A stretch of DNA of 64,000 nucleotides from Octopus sinensis (GCF_006345805.1 NC_042997.1:141360001-141424000); one strand, 5' to 3'. Counted from the first letter of the stretch, positions 1 to 13,072 are shown. Numbers and translations: made by a program. The notes: generated from the sequence alone by a model not told the origin.

Positions 1-193
1 TACATATATGTGTGTGTGTGTTTGTATGTATGTATGTATTATTCTTTTTATTCTTTTACTTGTTTCAGTCATTAGACTGCAGTCATGCTAGAGCACCGCA
101 TTATATACATATATAAATAAAATAAATTAATTTTACTCTACTATGTATTGAGTACCTTATTTACTGTGGTTAACCCCGAATCAACCCGGGACC

Positions 194-242
<49 letters not shown>

Positions 243-774
243 CTGTGTTTTTGTTTGCCCATCACTACCGCCTGACAACTAATTTTGCTTTGTTTATGAC
301 CCCGTAACCTTGTGGTTCAGTAAAAAGACCCCGATAAAATAAGTACTAGGTTTAGAAAAAGTAAATAGTAAGATCGGTTTGTTCTACTAAAACCGTCAAG
401 GCGGTGCTGCAATCCAGTGACTTAAACCAGTAAAAGATAAGCGATATGGTAGCAAAATAATTCAGAATTTATCCTCTCCTCCTCCATATCTTTAGAAATT
501 TTTCTCTATATATGCGTTACGAACTGAAAATCTAGCTTCAAATTTAGAGACTTTGTTTATTTAAAAGTTTCGTACTGCAGGCGACATCAAATCATAAATA
601 CTTAAAAAATATCTATGATCACATTTATATTAAACTACGCCATGCACAAATACAAAGCTCAACAATTTTCTTTTCAATTTTGGAGAGAAGTCTACAATTT
701 GCAGACGATATAATATCGACAGTACTTAGTCTTCAGAAAACATTTACCACCAAGTCGGCAAATATTTAAAGAGT

Positions 775-1158
775 GGAGGTGCAATGGCCCAGTGGTTAGG
801 GCAGCGGACTCGCGGTCGGAGGATCGCGGTTTCGATTCCCAGACCGGGCATTGTGAGTGTTTAATGAGCGAAAACACCTAAAGCTCCACGAGGCTCCGGC
901 AAGGGGTGGTGGTGAACCCTGCTGTACTCTTTCACCACAACTTTCTCTCGCTCTTTCTTCCTGTTTCTCTTGTACCTGTATTTCAAAGGGCCAGCCTTGT
1001 CACACTCTGTGTCACGCTGAATCTCCTCGAGAACTACGTTATGGGTACACGTGTCTGTGGAGTGCTCAGCCACTTGCACGTTAATATCACGAGCAAGCTG
1101 TTCCGTTGATCGTATCAGCTGGGACCCTCATCGTCGCAACCGACGGAGTGCTCCTATT
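775..1158 (+). mobile_element. tRNA-derived SINE, full length (head A + body + tail X), 15-bp TSD
   Basis: A-box TGGCCCAGTGG 785-795, B-box GTTTCGATTCC 829-839; identical AAATATTTAAAGAGT at 760-774 and 1159-1173; head/body recur at 11797 and 12103, tail at 54600-54747. Confidence 0.92.
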
Positions 1159-1730
1159 AAATATTTAAAGAGTCAAAATACTTTAAATAACTATGGTTAG
1201 TAAGAGTTTCATATTAGCTATTTATATGGAAGACGACATTTTGAAATAATTTAATTCCTTGAATTTAATGCATTTAATAGTTACGTCAGTATGAATATCA
1301 CAAACTGCTCGGTATAGGACCACCAAAATATGATTTAGCAAATTCAACTATAGACAACAATATATGAAAATCCATAGAAATTTTAGCTTCGTAATCTTCT
1401 CTCCAAACAGGCCTTTAGAGAGGTGGTATTTCTTTTCTACGGACGTCTATCAGAAGACCGTGTGCTTTGTGAGTGAAAATTGTTGGTGAATACCCAATAC
1501 AAATTGATACGCAAACTCTTTTATAGAACCGAACGAAATGTATGCTGTTGCCTCATCGCATTTCAATGTGCTTGCGATTATTTTTGATTATACATGGTCA
1601 CGCTGTTTCCCTACTTCAATTGTAGGTAATGAAAATCAGTTTCAATACAAAATATTTTAGCTTATAAAATCTAGACACTATCTACATTATTTACAATTGA
1701 CAGATATTCGTTCTCATCTTCTTTGTTGTT

Positions 1731-1776
1731 AACACAACGTTTCGGCTGATATACCCTCCAGCCTTCATCAGGTGTC
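1731..1776 (-). ncRNA. minimal type I hammerhead ribozyme motif (Penelope pLTR-like)
   Basis: Minus strand GACAC-CUGAUGA-A-GGCUG(gagggtatat)CAGCC-GAAA-CGUU/GUGUU: stem I GACAC/GUGUU, stem II GGCUG/CAGCC, palindromic stem III ACGU, putative cleavage after GUU (1736/1735). Confidence 0.8.
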
Positions 1777-1833
1777 TTGGGGAAATTTCAAACCTGGGTT
1801 CTCATTCCTAAGGTATTTTTTCGATTTTGTTAC

Positions 1834-1882
<49 letters not shown>

Positions 1883-1897
1883 GTTATTATTATTATT

Positions 1898-2373
1898 GAG
1901 TGAGAGAGCAGTTCATGCCAGCAAAGTGACACTGGGGTAAAATATACGAAGCCCAGTATACCCATCATGACTACCCGTCTGATAAGGGTACACTAGGCAC
2001 ATGCATCACAACCATGTGTGCGCGACATGGTGATCTCATATCAAGATAAACAGCACATGACCTTGCAGGTGGGGCCCAGTTAGAATTTTCTTCAGGTTGA
2101 GTAGCCCATCCCGCTCAAACGGTCCCTGAATAAGGGTTGTTTAAGGATGTTGAAAGAACCACCCATGTTTCCAGAGGTGAACTATTCAAACCCCAAAGAA
2201 ACCCTCTCAACACATGGCTATGATGCTCCCCCACTACTTCTGCTTGTGATCAGAGATGCACATATCGTCAGCCACTAAGGGACATGCTCAACTGGTTAAG
2301 GTCAAACAACTAACAAGCAAATCTGTGGTATTGAGCAGAATATTTGCTGTAGCCCATCTTTTATACCAAGACA
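1898..2373. mobile_element. GC-richer non-coding insert within an (ATT)n array, probable non-autonomous retroelement
   Basis: 476-bp complex sequence flanked by (ATT)n on both sides (1833-1897, 2374-2430); no listed ORF lies within it. Confidence 0.55.
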
Positions 2374-2430
<57 letters not shown>

Positions 2431-2476
2431 GAGGTCACTGCCTGGAATCGAACTCGGAATGTTGGGGTTAGTAGCC
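2431..2476 (-). mobile_element. 3' half of a tRNA-like SINE head (B box)
   Basis: Minus strand ...CCGAGTTCGATTCCAGGCAGTGACCTC followed by (AAT)n; B box at 2444-2453; A box absent. Confidence 0.65.
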
Positions 2477-2594
2477 ACACGACAACGATGAGAGAGTGAA
2501 TCCAATTTAGAAGATAGATCAGGACCAATAGCATTACAAATACGGCATTGAATGTGGTCCAACAGAGTTAAACAATCTGCAGGAACACCTGTCC
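2472..2594 (-). mobile_element. CR1/L2/Crack-type LINE ORF2 C-terminal fragment
   Basis: Translates WTGVPADCLTLLDHIQCRICNAIGPDLSSKLDSLSHRCRVA, matching the post-RT W.G....L..LD.IQ.R...IG..L...L..L.HRR.VA pattern. Confidence 0.65.
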
Positions 2595-2604
2595 ATACAT
2601 ACAT

Positions 2605-2635
<31 letters not shown>

Positions 2636-2685
2636 TACATACATACATACATACATACATACATACATACATACACATACATACA

Positions 2686-2719
<34 letters not shown>

Positions 2720-2952
2720 CATACATACATACATATATACATACGTGCATACATACATACATATATACACGCATGCATACATACATGCATAAATACACAC
2801 AGGCAGACAGACATATCCAAAGAGTTGCCTCTACTTATACAATAGAGCCTTACCATTTTATTAATGACCGGATAAAATCCTTCAAAAGAAAACATAAATC
2901 CACAAAACATGCATACACACACACGCAGATTCATAAATACATACATACATAC

Positions 2953-3011
<59 letters not shown>

Positions 3012-4088
3012 CACACTTACATGCATATATACATAATACATATATACATGGATATACACATGCTGCGGGCATACGTGTATATGTAGGTGTGATAGCATTT
3101 CCCGACAGATGGTACGTGACCAAACATATTGGACTGTCATGCATCAAGATTTTATAGAGAGTTGCAGCTAATCTGATGTCTCAATAGCTGAGTCCATATT
3201 CCAGTTTCATTTCATAAATAAAACGTACGAGATATGACGGACTACCGTCATCTGCAACATACAATAAGCCTTTCCAGGAGAATATTTGATTCTCAAAAAT
3301 TTGACGTTACATAATCTAGTTAATATCAATAGTGTTATTAATGCATGGAGTTTGTGAAATGATTTATGTTTTATCCGTGCGTGTGTGCTGATTCCGATAA
3401 AATGTCCAGAACCACTACCAAGATTGGCATTAGCAATGACGCAATAAGTTGCTGGCAGTGAGAATAGAATCTAAAATTAAATAATAGAAATCAATAAAAG
3501 GTAAGTTTATTGATTTTACGTTATGTTTTTGATATATTTTTTCTTCTACTATCGCCATGTTTTCAATGCTTTCCTGAAAATATGTTATTCGTTTCCCACT
3601 TGTAGACATTTTATCGCCTGAGTCTATTCAGTCTTTACTATTTACTTGCTTATTGTTCACCATAAATAAATATATCTGCCATGGGAACAAAGTCATTAAT
3701 TTATAATAATGGCGAATTAGACTGTGTGTCGTTCATTCTTTTTCAGAGGAATTTGCTGGCATCGGTTGATTGGATGGTAAATAGAATAGATGGAATTCGT
3801 CATGGCTCATCGGGAATTGACCTCTAAACAAATGGGTGTAGGAATAGCTATGCGATTAAGAATTTGGCTTTGTAAGCATTTGCTGCTGGGTTCGATCCGA
3901 CTATGCAAAATCTTACTTGAGTCTAAGTATGTGGCACGTTGAAAAGTTGTTAGCTTTGGATAAAATAAAATACAGAAAGATCAGTTAATTATGATTTTAT
4001 TCAACACATTCTCCTCTCTGCATCATACACTTATTTCTAAGCCCTGTAAAAGAACTTGGAAGTTTGGGCCTCCAACCAGGTCTTTCGC

Positions 4089-4149
<61 letters not shown>

Positions 4150-4427
4150 AGAGAGAGATAATGGTGTCGTTGAGACCCAAATGTGTCAGGTAATGCTGAA
4201 TAAGTGCTAAAGACAGACCATAGTTAAGTTCCAGATTCGGTAACATTGCGAATAAAGGGTTCAACATTGGTTCTATGTCAACGTGTGTATAAAAGAATTG
4301 TTTGCGTAATAAGATAAAAAAAACCAAGGCTGTATAGTTATTAGAGCATTTATATCTATCAAGCTAGTTCCTGACAGTTCTGACAGAGCTCAACTGCATA
4401 TACATACATACGTACACACACACACTC

Positions 4428-4517
<90 letters not shown>

Positions 4518-4660
4518 TAGATAGATAGATATAGATATATATATATATATAGATATATATATATATATAATATATATATATATATTATAAATGCTCTAAT
4601 ATCTATACAGCCTTGGTTTGTTATCTTATTACGCCGCAAAAAATTCTTTATATATATATA

Positions 4661-5031
4661 CTAGCAGTATCGCCCGGCGTTGCTCAGGTTTGTAAGGGAA
4701 ATAACTATAAAGCATTTTTAGAGAGTTATAGCCAAAAAATAGCAAAAAAATGATGGTAAATTTTTTTTTTAGTTAAAAAAGGTTGAGTTGCGTCCCCTAG
4801 ACAGTCTGTGGTTTGTTTCTGATTCTCGACCCCATGTCGATTTTATCGATTTTTTTCAGAACTGGGGGAACTTTTCAAAATTTTCGCTGCGTTAGTTTTG
4901 AATTATGACATTGGGCTATGTGTGTGTCAAGTTTCATCAGAATCGGTTGAAAGCCGTGGTCAGGGTGAGGGTACAAGCAAACATACACACAGAAACACGC
5001 ACAGACAAACTGCCGTTTATATATAGAGAGA
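4661..5031 (-). mobile_element. non-autonomous Helitron
   Basis: Minus strand starts A^TC(TCTATATATAAA), ends with GC-rich hairpin then CTAG^T; shares segments with 42699-43514 and 47785-48422. Confidence 0.8.
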
Positions 5032-6072
5032 TATGTGTGTGTGTGTAACAAAGTGAAGTTGTAAGGTACCGCACGAGTGGAAATATATATGAAAGAAGGT
5101 TTGAAAATGCAATTTTAAAGATGTTTATACGCATACATAATACATACACATAATTACATCAAGAATAGGAAATCCTCTTAAAGGGATGTAACCATCCAAG
5201 ATCCCTGGTTATATCCAGTGTCTCAGTGAAAACCAAACATATTAGTTTCACATTGATGGATATGTGTATATATATATATCATTGTATGAGAAAAAAGTAC
5301 CAACAAAGTTGGAAACGCCTTCTGTTCTCTCTGTACACATGAACTTTTTCAAATCTTGTATTCAAGGCATCGGCTCCTGAATGCAAGGAGGGAGACTAGT
5401 TAGCATGTGTTCACGCCTGTAAATATGTTTGCAGAAAATACCATTAGATGAACTTTAAAGAATAAATTAGGTATAATTGTAAGGTTACTGGAACCTTGAA
5501 TCAGGCGGTATCTCGCGATTAATATGCTTACATGTATAATTAAAACAATTAAATAATTCTTAAAAGATATCGTTTTAATATTGAAGTATAAATTAAAAGG
5601 TTAATATGAATATGAAGTTTTAGGTACAGGTGACAGTAGTATATATTATATATGGTTTACCGAAACTTTAATTTAAGCGCGTACCTCGAGAATATATGAT
5701 TAATAGCTAATGAATGGTTAATTAATTTAAGTTAGAGCTGCAACGTATTAATTTAATATTGCTTTTAACTTTAATGATTTCTTAATTTATTAATTTGATT
5801 TGGTAATATTTATGCTTTCCTTGATTAGATCGTTCATTTCTTTTCTCACTACTGTGCGCTAATATCGGTGACGTATTATTCAACTATGGTAATTAGTAAG
5901 CACTTTTGATTCGTGTTCACTTCGTAGCTTTCAACACTTTAACACACCTATGCACAAATACATAAGAATAGAAACGGCTGTTTTAAATACACCTATTGCT
6001 AAAACACACATATCTGCGTCTATCAAAGGCCACCCAACACGTTGGAGTATAGTTCCTTTCTAATAAATTCTC

Positions 6073-6178
6073 TCCCCTGACGAAATACCCAATTTACGAT
6101 ATTCCATATGACAATTTAATTTAATTTGATTTAATTTAATTCCTCAAATTGAATTGGGTACGGAAACAGCTGTAGGTG
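6073..6178 (+). ncRNA. degenerate hammerhead motif with long stem II
   Basis: CUGACGA 6077-6083; TACCCAATT/AATTGGGTA stem; GAAAC-AGCU-GUA 6163-6174 (palindromic ACAGCUGU); stem I and base of stem II mismatched. Confidence 0.55.
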
Positions 6179-6269
6179 TAAAGAATTTGATGTTATACTG
6201 AATGGATTTTTTTCAAATAAATCGATGTCTACATATTAATTTCTCCATTTTCTTTTTTCTCATACAAGA

Positions 6270-6313
<44 letters not shown>

Positions 6314-7132
6314 ATGCAGTTGAGATCTGTTAGAACTGTCATTGGCAGATATAAATTTATAGGGAATTTAACAGCGTTGTTTGCCTATAAATGGCTAGAA
6401 TAGCTCTTCCACGGAGTAGCTGACCTTTCTAACTCTATGTACGTGCATGCGTGTATGTGTGTGTATGTATGTTCGTGCGTATATGTAAGTGTTTTGGCCA
6501 TGTATAGAAGTAGAACTACACAGTGACCCAAATATAGTGACCCAATGACTTATAACATGCGATGTAATTGTTCAGCAAATGTGAATAGGAATGTTCACTC
6601 ATATACATTTATTTATATGAGTGGACACTACTAGCAAGTGTGATGTAAAGCACATAAAATTACAAACACGGACCTTCTCCATATTGTTTACTAAGCTATA
6701 GTTTAATAGTAATAACAACAAAAATCATACTTACCAATAAAGTTAGTGATTTGGTTCCGATTTTTTCATTTCAATCTGCAGCCATTCCATTTCATTTACA
6801 AGTGGTTTAGACAGTTGGCACTCCTAATTCGTATTGGTTTCGTTTAGATTAAGCAGACAATAGTTTTATACTTCTATGCCTGTCAATTGAAGTGGATGGA
6901 AAAAAGTTCGACCTTGCAAATTGTAAAAAGATATTTAAACAAAATAATGGCCCGGAACAGAGGTCATTCATTGTAATGTGATACACGTATTTCCAAAGAG
7001 CAAATGTTCGAAAATGAAAGGATAGTATTCAAAACATCAACAAAGATAGCATCAATGATTTGTACTTTTGTATGACACGAGGGTACGACGTTTAGGGTAA
7101 TTCACAGGCGTTTTCATCTCGGACCTGAAAGA

Positions 7133-7270
7133 GAAGTGCCCACAGGGGTCTAAACGTAGAGAGGACAAACAAGGACAGACAAAGGGATTAAGTCGATTAC
7201 ATCGACCCCAGTGCGTAACTGGTATTTATTTAATCGACTCCGAAAAAGGATGAAAGGCAAAGTCAACCTC
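7133..7270 (-). mobile_element. SINE family B, 3' part
   Basis: Reverse complement of the central/tail part of 59178-59408 (GACTTTGCCTTTCATCCTTT..GATAAATTAAGTACCAGTTACGCACTG). Confidence 0.8.
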
Positions 7271-7530
7271 ATGAATTGACAAAACCATTAGAGTGTTGGA
7301 TAAAATACTTTTAGGTATTTCTTCGAACTCTTTACGTTCTAAGCCAAATCTTGCTGACGTCACTTTGCTTTCATCTTTCATCGATTAATAAAATAAGGCA
7401 CTAATCCAGGATATTCGATTTACTAGACAGCTAGTTTGTGCGAATAGAGAACGGTTTTCTCTAGATCGAGCCACTGACCATTGCTTAGTAAGTGAACTTG
7501 ATAGAGAGAAACTGTTTAGAAATAAACTGA

Positions 7531-7607
<77 letters not shown>

Positions 7608-10600
7608 GATGTGCGTGTGTGTGCTCGTTGTTTGTCGTCCCACCGCTTGGCAACCGATTTGCTTTGTTAACGTTCTCATGGTATAGCGGCTCGACAAAAA
7701 GAGAATATGTAGAAAAGTACCAAACTTTAAAATGAGTACTCGCTTCGATTTGTTCGACGAAAAACTTAAGGCGCGGCTCTAGCATGGCTGCAGGCCAAAG
7801 ACTGAAGCAAGTAAAAGATTGAAATTAAAGATTGTCGTGCTCCATCTGGGTTGACTTAAGGCTAAATATACAATACCAGCAGTAACAATAGCAATGGTCA
7901 AAGCGGCAACATTTACCTTTCTTGTTTTCAAATGAGGAATAATAACTGACAGCTTTTCTTCAATCTGAATAATGAGTGGAGATCATCCGGTGCTTAGCTT
8001 TTAAAATGTAATTAGTAGATAATTTTAGCCTTTATCCACCGTATAATACATAATTAATATATAATTAATATATATATGAAGATTCTTGTGCAGTTATGGA
8101 TATGTGAGCCGTCTGGAGAGTGTTTACAGTTATATTATCAGAAGGGGCAGCTGATAGAATCGGCAGAATCGGCAGAGCGGCAAATAAAATTCCCTTGTAG
8201 TATCTGGTTACATATCTTTATGATCTGAGTTCAAATCTTGCAAGGATCAATATATAATTCACCCTTCAATGTGCAATAGAATAAATACCAGATACTGTGT
8301 TTGATTTAATCAACCGTAAGCCTCTCAAAACATTTTAGACTTTGTAACTGAGTTATAAACCATTTTTATACGTAAAATAGTGTCTTAGATTGGCAGGATA
8401 GTTAGAGCATCTGTCAGCTTTGTCTTTCATCTCCCTCCGGGGTCGATAAACACCTTCAAGTACAGGAGTCGATATAATTGATTAAATATCTCTCTTCAAA
8501 ACTGTAGGCATTATACCTAAATTAGAAGTTATTAGGTGCAAAAAGATTCAATAAACTTTAGACCAGTGTAAAAAATATTTAGTTAAATCTTTCGCTCCTT
8601 TATCAAGGACAATTTTTACATTTTTTCTTCTCGAGACCCATGATTTAAAAACAAGCCTTACATTGAGACCAGCCGAATCAAATGTAGTCTTCGTTATAAA
8701 TCTGTGGTCTTCTACCATTGAAAGAAACCATTAAATTCAATCGTTGTTATGACTTGCGACACTTGAAATATGCCATAATACCATTTGTCCATCTACTTTT
8801 TGAATACAAATACCACCGGTTTCGTTTATTCGAGAGAAATGAAATAATTCATGCTATTATTATTTCATTATAGCATGAAAGCAATCCAAATGATTATAGT
8901 CTCACCATAAAAAACTGCAACACCGTGCATCGTTACAATAAAAATTAAGTAGTGAGTAGTGTATTTTATAGGTAAGTTGCCAAGATTGCGATTATGGTTT
9001 CGGTTCCTGATTTTAGTCAATGGTATTAGAAATGGCATTGCAAAATCACAAACATATTACAATTCGTATATATTAATACAACTTCAGAGGAAGAAAAGTA
9101 ATGAAATATTTCTCAAGTCCAGATCAACATAATTTAAGCTAGGAGTTCCTTTCAGTGCTAGGAGATAGCTTAGCTCTGATCAATTGCTAAGATTCTAGAA
9201 AGTTCAAGACACATCTTGAAGTACTGTTGAAATACGAAACAAAACACTAGCACAGTAAGTAGAATTCATTCCCGACCACCACTTTTCTCCTATGAGCATC
9301 CACTACAAGTAAATAACCACACCAATGTCATTTGCATTACAAGACCTGAAAAACTATGAAATATTACTTCTTTTCTTTTGATTGTTATATAGGAACAAAT
9401 TATCAACGTATATTTTCTGTATGAATAATTTGTAATTATAATGTTCTCTTTTGTTTGTGAAAAGAACTGCGAAAAAATAAAGTAAAACTGAAAATTCATA
9501 CAGATGTTATATTTTCAGATGGCACATACAATAAAACGCCAACAACATTTTGAATAAGAAGTGTGAGTATTTCTAAATCGATCTATAAAACAAACTGATG
9601 TGTATGATATAAAAGCATTCATTCCATATAGAGACAAGTTATACAATATCCGATATTAAAACGATTATTTTTCTTTCTTTAAATCTTAAGAGTCTTTCGG
9701 AAATATTTGTAAACGGAATAAAAAAAATCTAAGGATTTCTTACATTGTTGCATTGATGAAATTCATAGGGTAAGGGTATATATAGTTTACAACAGAATCC
9801 ACCGGAATGCATGATTGGTACTTATCGACCCTCCTTGAAAAACAGGGGAAAAGCAACAAAATCTACAGGGGAAGAATCTGAAATCAGATTAAACATGGTC
9901 GAAACATTTAGTGTTGTGTTATATTGCAGCTTCCACTTCACAATCCGCTAGAAACAAAAATAAAACGAATAATAATGGAAATAAATTCGAATTTCTTGAA
10001 TAATATCTTAACTGAAAAATACATTATGTTGTGAAATGTCGAAATGGATGTAAAATGAATGAAACATTTTACAATTTTGGAAACGGCTCGAGGATCCAGT
10101 TTTCTATTATTCATGCTAAAAGTCGGTTAATACGACTTTTCATTATAAAAAATTGTTACGAAACGCCAATAGAATGCCGATGCTATTTCGGAAGCAATAA
10201 TGAAAACAAATAATACATCTAAAAGGAATTGATACTCGCTGTATTGGAAGAAATAAGTAAAAAAAGATCCGGTACAATTTGATGGCAATTAAAATAGAAT
10301 CACTTCTGCCAAGCGATATATTTTGTTCATTTCCATGTAAATTATATCGATAATTTCTTCTAATTAATGAGAGAAATAAAAAAAATAGTTTCCCTGCTGA
10401 AGAACAATAGCATCAATTCTAAGGTAAGGCTTTATTCCACTGAATACACCCTAGTGCATTACTGGTAATTAAAATCAAATTTATTTCAGGAAACTTAAAA
10501 CAGAGAAAGTGTAAGCAGGATAATAAAAATCAATTCGTTTTAAGGCATAGTAAGAATTATAGAGTACAGGTACAGGTACACACATACATAGTCACACACT

Positions 10601-10624
10601 CACTCATATATATATATATATATA

Positions 10625-11697
10625 TAAGTATAAAGTCTTGGGTCTGTGGTTTACGTGTGGGTTTTTTGTGTGTGAATGTTTAGGTTAGGGGGATTGCTAT
10701 ATAAGTTTGTTATAGGGTTTAGCAAAGGGAGATTTTATCGTTATATGCTTTTATGAGTTTTGGTTTATCATGGTGTTTTTTAGGTAATTCGTGGTATTTT
10801 GTCTATTTTAGGTGTTGGTTATTTTTTTACATTGTTTCATTCATAATTTTTGAGTGGTGTTCGTTTTGCCACGTGAATAACCGGGTGGTGGACTAGCGTT
10901 GCTTGGAATGTGAATGGAATAGTGTAGTAGTGAGGTAGGCATAGAGAATGGGATTGGGTTACTGCAAGTTGTTTGTTAGAGATGCTAAGGTGAGTTAAAG
11001 CTCATAAATGTATATAATGTTTTTTGTGGGTGTGTAAGTATTGTTGTATATGTCGAGTTTAGTGAGTATGTATAGGCGTATATTGAGGGAGTATATGTAT
11101 CTTTTGTGTGTGAGTGTTTTGCGTGTGAGTGTGTGTTTTGTGTGTGAATGTGTATATGGGTTTGTTATTTAGGTTTTGGGATGTATGTGTTAATTTGTCT
11201 GTGTGGGGAGGGAGTGGGTTTTGGTGTATATTGAGGTTTATAAGTTAGTATAGGTATGTGTATAAGTCGTGAGTCTGTGGTTTACGTGTGTGTATTTGTG
11301 TGTGAATGTTTAGGTTAGGGGGTTTACTTTATAGGTTGTTATAGAGTTTAGTAAAGGGAGATTTTATCGTTATATGTTTTTAAGAGTTTTTGTTTTATCA
11401 TGGTTTTTTTTTAGGGAATTCGTGGTAATTAGTCTATATTTTCGATATGGATTATATATAGGTTATATATGGATTATATACTTATATTTTTTCATTTATA
11501 CTTTAATTATTTAAAAGTATTATTTTATATTTTAAAATTTTGATTTTTTAGATTGGAAGTCCACCTGAAGATTGTCGATCAAGACAAGAAACGATTGTAG
11601 TGGCGGTTTTTTTGACTATTTATTAAATTTTATGTATTGATTAAGTCTTTCCTTGTTTGTTTTGCAAAATAGTGGTTTTGTCTCAAATAATATTTTA
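10625..11697 (+). mobile_element. hammerhead-terminated, strand-skewed Penelope-like non-autonomous element in (TA)n
   Basis: C-poor G/T-rich body with ~180-bp internal direct repeat (~10635-10810 vs ~11265-11440); ends in HHR and a tail close to 22490-22545; (TA)n on both sides. Confidence 0.6.
11561..11603 (+). ncRNA. minimal type I hammerhead ribozyme motif
   Basis: CCAC-CUGAAGA-UUGUC(gaucaa)GACAA-GAAA-C(gauu)GUA/GUGG; stems CCAC/GUGG and UUGUC/GACAA. Confidence 0.8.
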
Positions 11698-11725
11698 TAT
11701 ATATATATATATATTATTATATATA

Positions 11726-11789
<64 letters not shown>

Positions 11790-11796
11790 ATATATA

Positions 11797-11904
11797 TTGT
11801 GCAGTGGTTAGGGTAGCGGATTTGCGGTCGGACGTTCGCGCTTTCGATTCCCAGACCGGGCGTTGTGTGTGTGTTTATCGAGTAAAAACACCTAAAGCTC
11901 CACA
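11797..11904 (+). mobile_element. truncated SINE head A, near-identical to 12103-12208
   Basis: Same sequence as the downstream copy up to GCTCCACA, then switches to a copy of 10566-10610. Confidence 0.85.
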
Positions 11905-11938
11905 GGTACAGGTACACACATACATAGTCACACACTCA

Positions 11939-12003
<65 letters not shown>

Positions 12004-12004
12004 T

Positions 12005-12055
<51 letters not shown>

Positions 12056-12102
12056 ATATTATATATATATATATATAATATTATATATATATATATATAA
12101 TA

Positions 12103-12399
12103 TTGTGCAGTGGTTAGGGTAGCGGATTTGCGGTCGGACGTTCGCGCTTTCGATTCCCAGACCGGGCGTTGTGTGTGTTTATCGAGTAAAAACACCTAAA
12201 GCTCCACAAGGCTCTGGCAGGGGGTGGTGGCGACCCCTGTTGTACTCTTTCGCCCAAACTTTCTCTCACTCTTTCTTCCTTGCTGTTTCTTGAGTAACGC
12301 TGCGATGGACTGGCGTTCTATCCAGCTGGGAGGAACACATACGCCATAGAAACCGGGAAACCAGGCCCATGAGCCTGGCTAGGCTGGAAAAGGGCGCAT
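12103..12399 (+). mobile_element. tRNA-derived SINE, head A + body + tail Y
   Basis: Head/body align with 790-960; tail CTGCGATGGACTGGCGTTCTATCCAGCTGGG..CATAGAAACCGGG differs entirely from tail X. Confidence 0.85.
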
Positions 12400-12467
12400 A
12401 AATAAAAATATATATATTATATGCACACATATATGTGTGTATGTCATTGCTCAGTTTATTTTAAGAC

Positions 12468-12654
12468 GGCGAGCTGGCAGAAACGTTATTTCGTTTGTCT
12501 TTACGTCCTAAGTTCAATTTTCACCGTGGTCGACTTTGCATTTTCTTCTTTAGGGGTAGATAAATTAAGTACCAGTTGCGTACTGGGGTTGATCTAATGG
12601 ACTGGACCCCCCACCAAAATGTCGGGCCTTGTGTCTAGAGTAGAAAAGATTATT
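12468..12654 (+). mobile_element. SINE family B
   Basis: GGCGAGCTGGCAGAAACG head and GGTCGACTTTGC..GATAAATTAAGTACCAGTTG core shared with 43761 and 59178. Confidence 0.85.
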
Positions 12655-13072
12655 CAGTTTATTTCAAGACTTCTTGCCAATAGAGAAAGAACTGGTATCT
12701 AACCTGGAACCAAGGTTCCTCCATTGGAATTTCAACATCAACAACAGGGTATTTTTGAATGTATGTATGCATGTCTGTACATATGTATTTATGTATGTGC
12801 AGATTTGTATGTTTTACATATGTAATTCTCATGCATATAGCTGCATACCTAGACATGCTCATATATATTTAAATGATAAACTTTTGGAAAGTTTTACAGA
12901 TTTTTACAGTTCCAGTGATGGATTCGCTCTCTACTCTTCCAATTAGCTTTCTCCATTCTGGATTTGGGAAGCTTAATTTCACAAGATTGGTATTTAGTCT
13001 GTGTGTTACATATCCCAGGGCCCCAATAATTACAGGGATAAACCTAATCTTGTAAACTGGATAGAGTAACTG
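12655..13072 (-). mobile_element. R4/Dong-like non-LTR retrotransposon 3' fragment (RLE C-terminus + 3'UTR)
   Basis: QLLYPVYKIRFIPVIIGALGYV...ITGTVKICKTFQKFII* (12869-13072); homologous to 60411-61050; 5' end abuts (CATA)n. Confidence 0.75.

Noticed and set aside
775-850. tRNA genes at SINE heads (also 12103, 53427, 54472, 59178)
   Set aside because: A/B boxes are present but no complete cloverleaf; each continues into a SINE body, two with TSDs.
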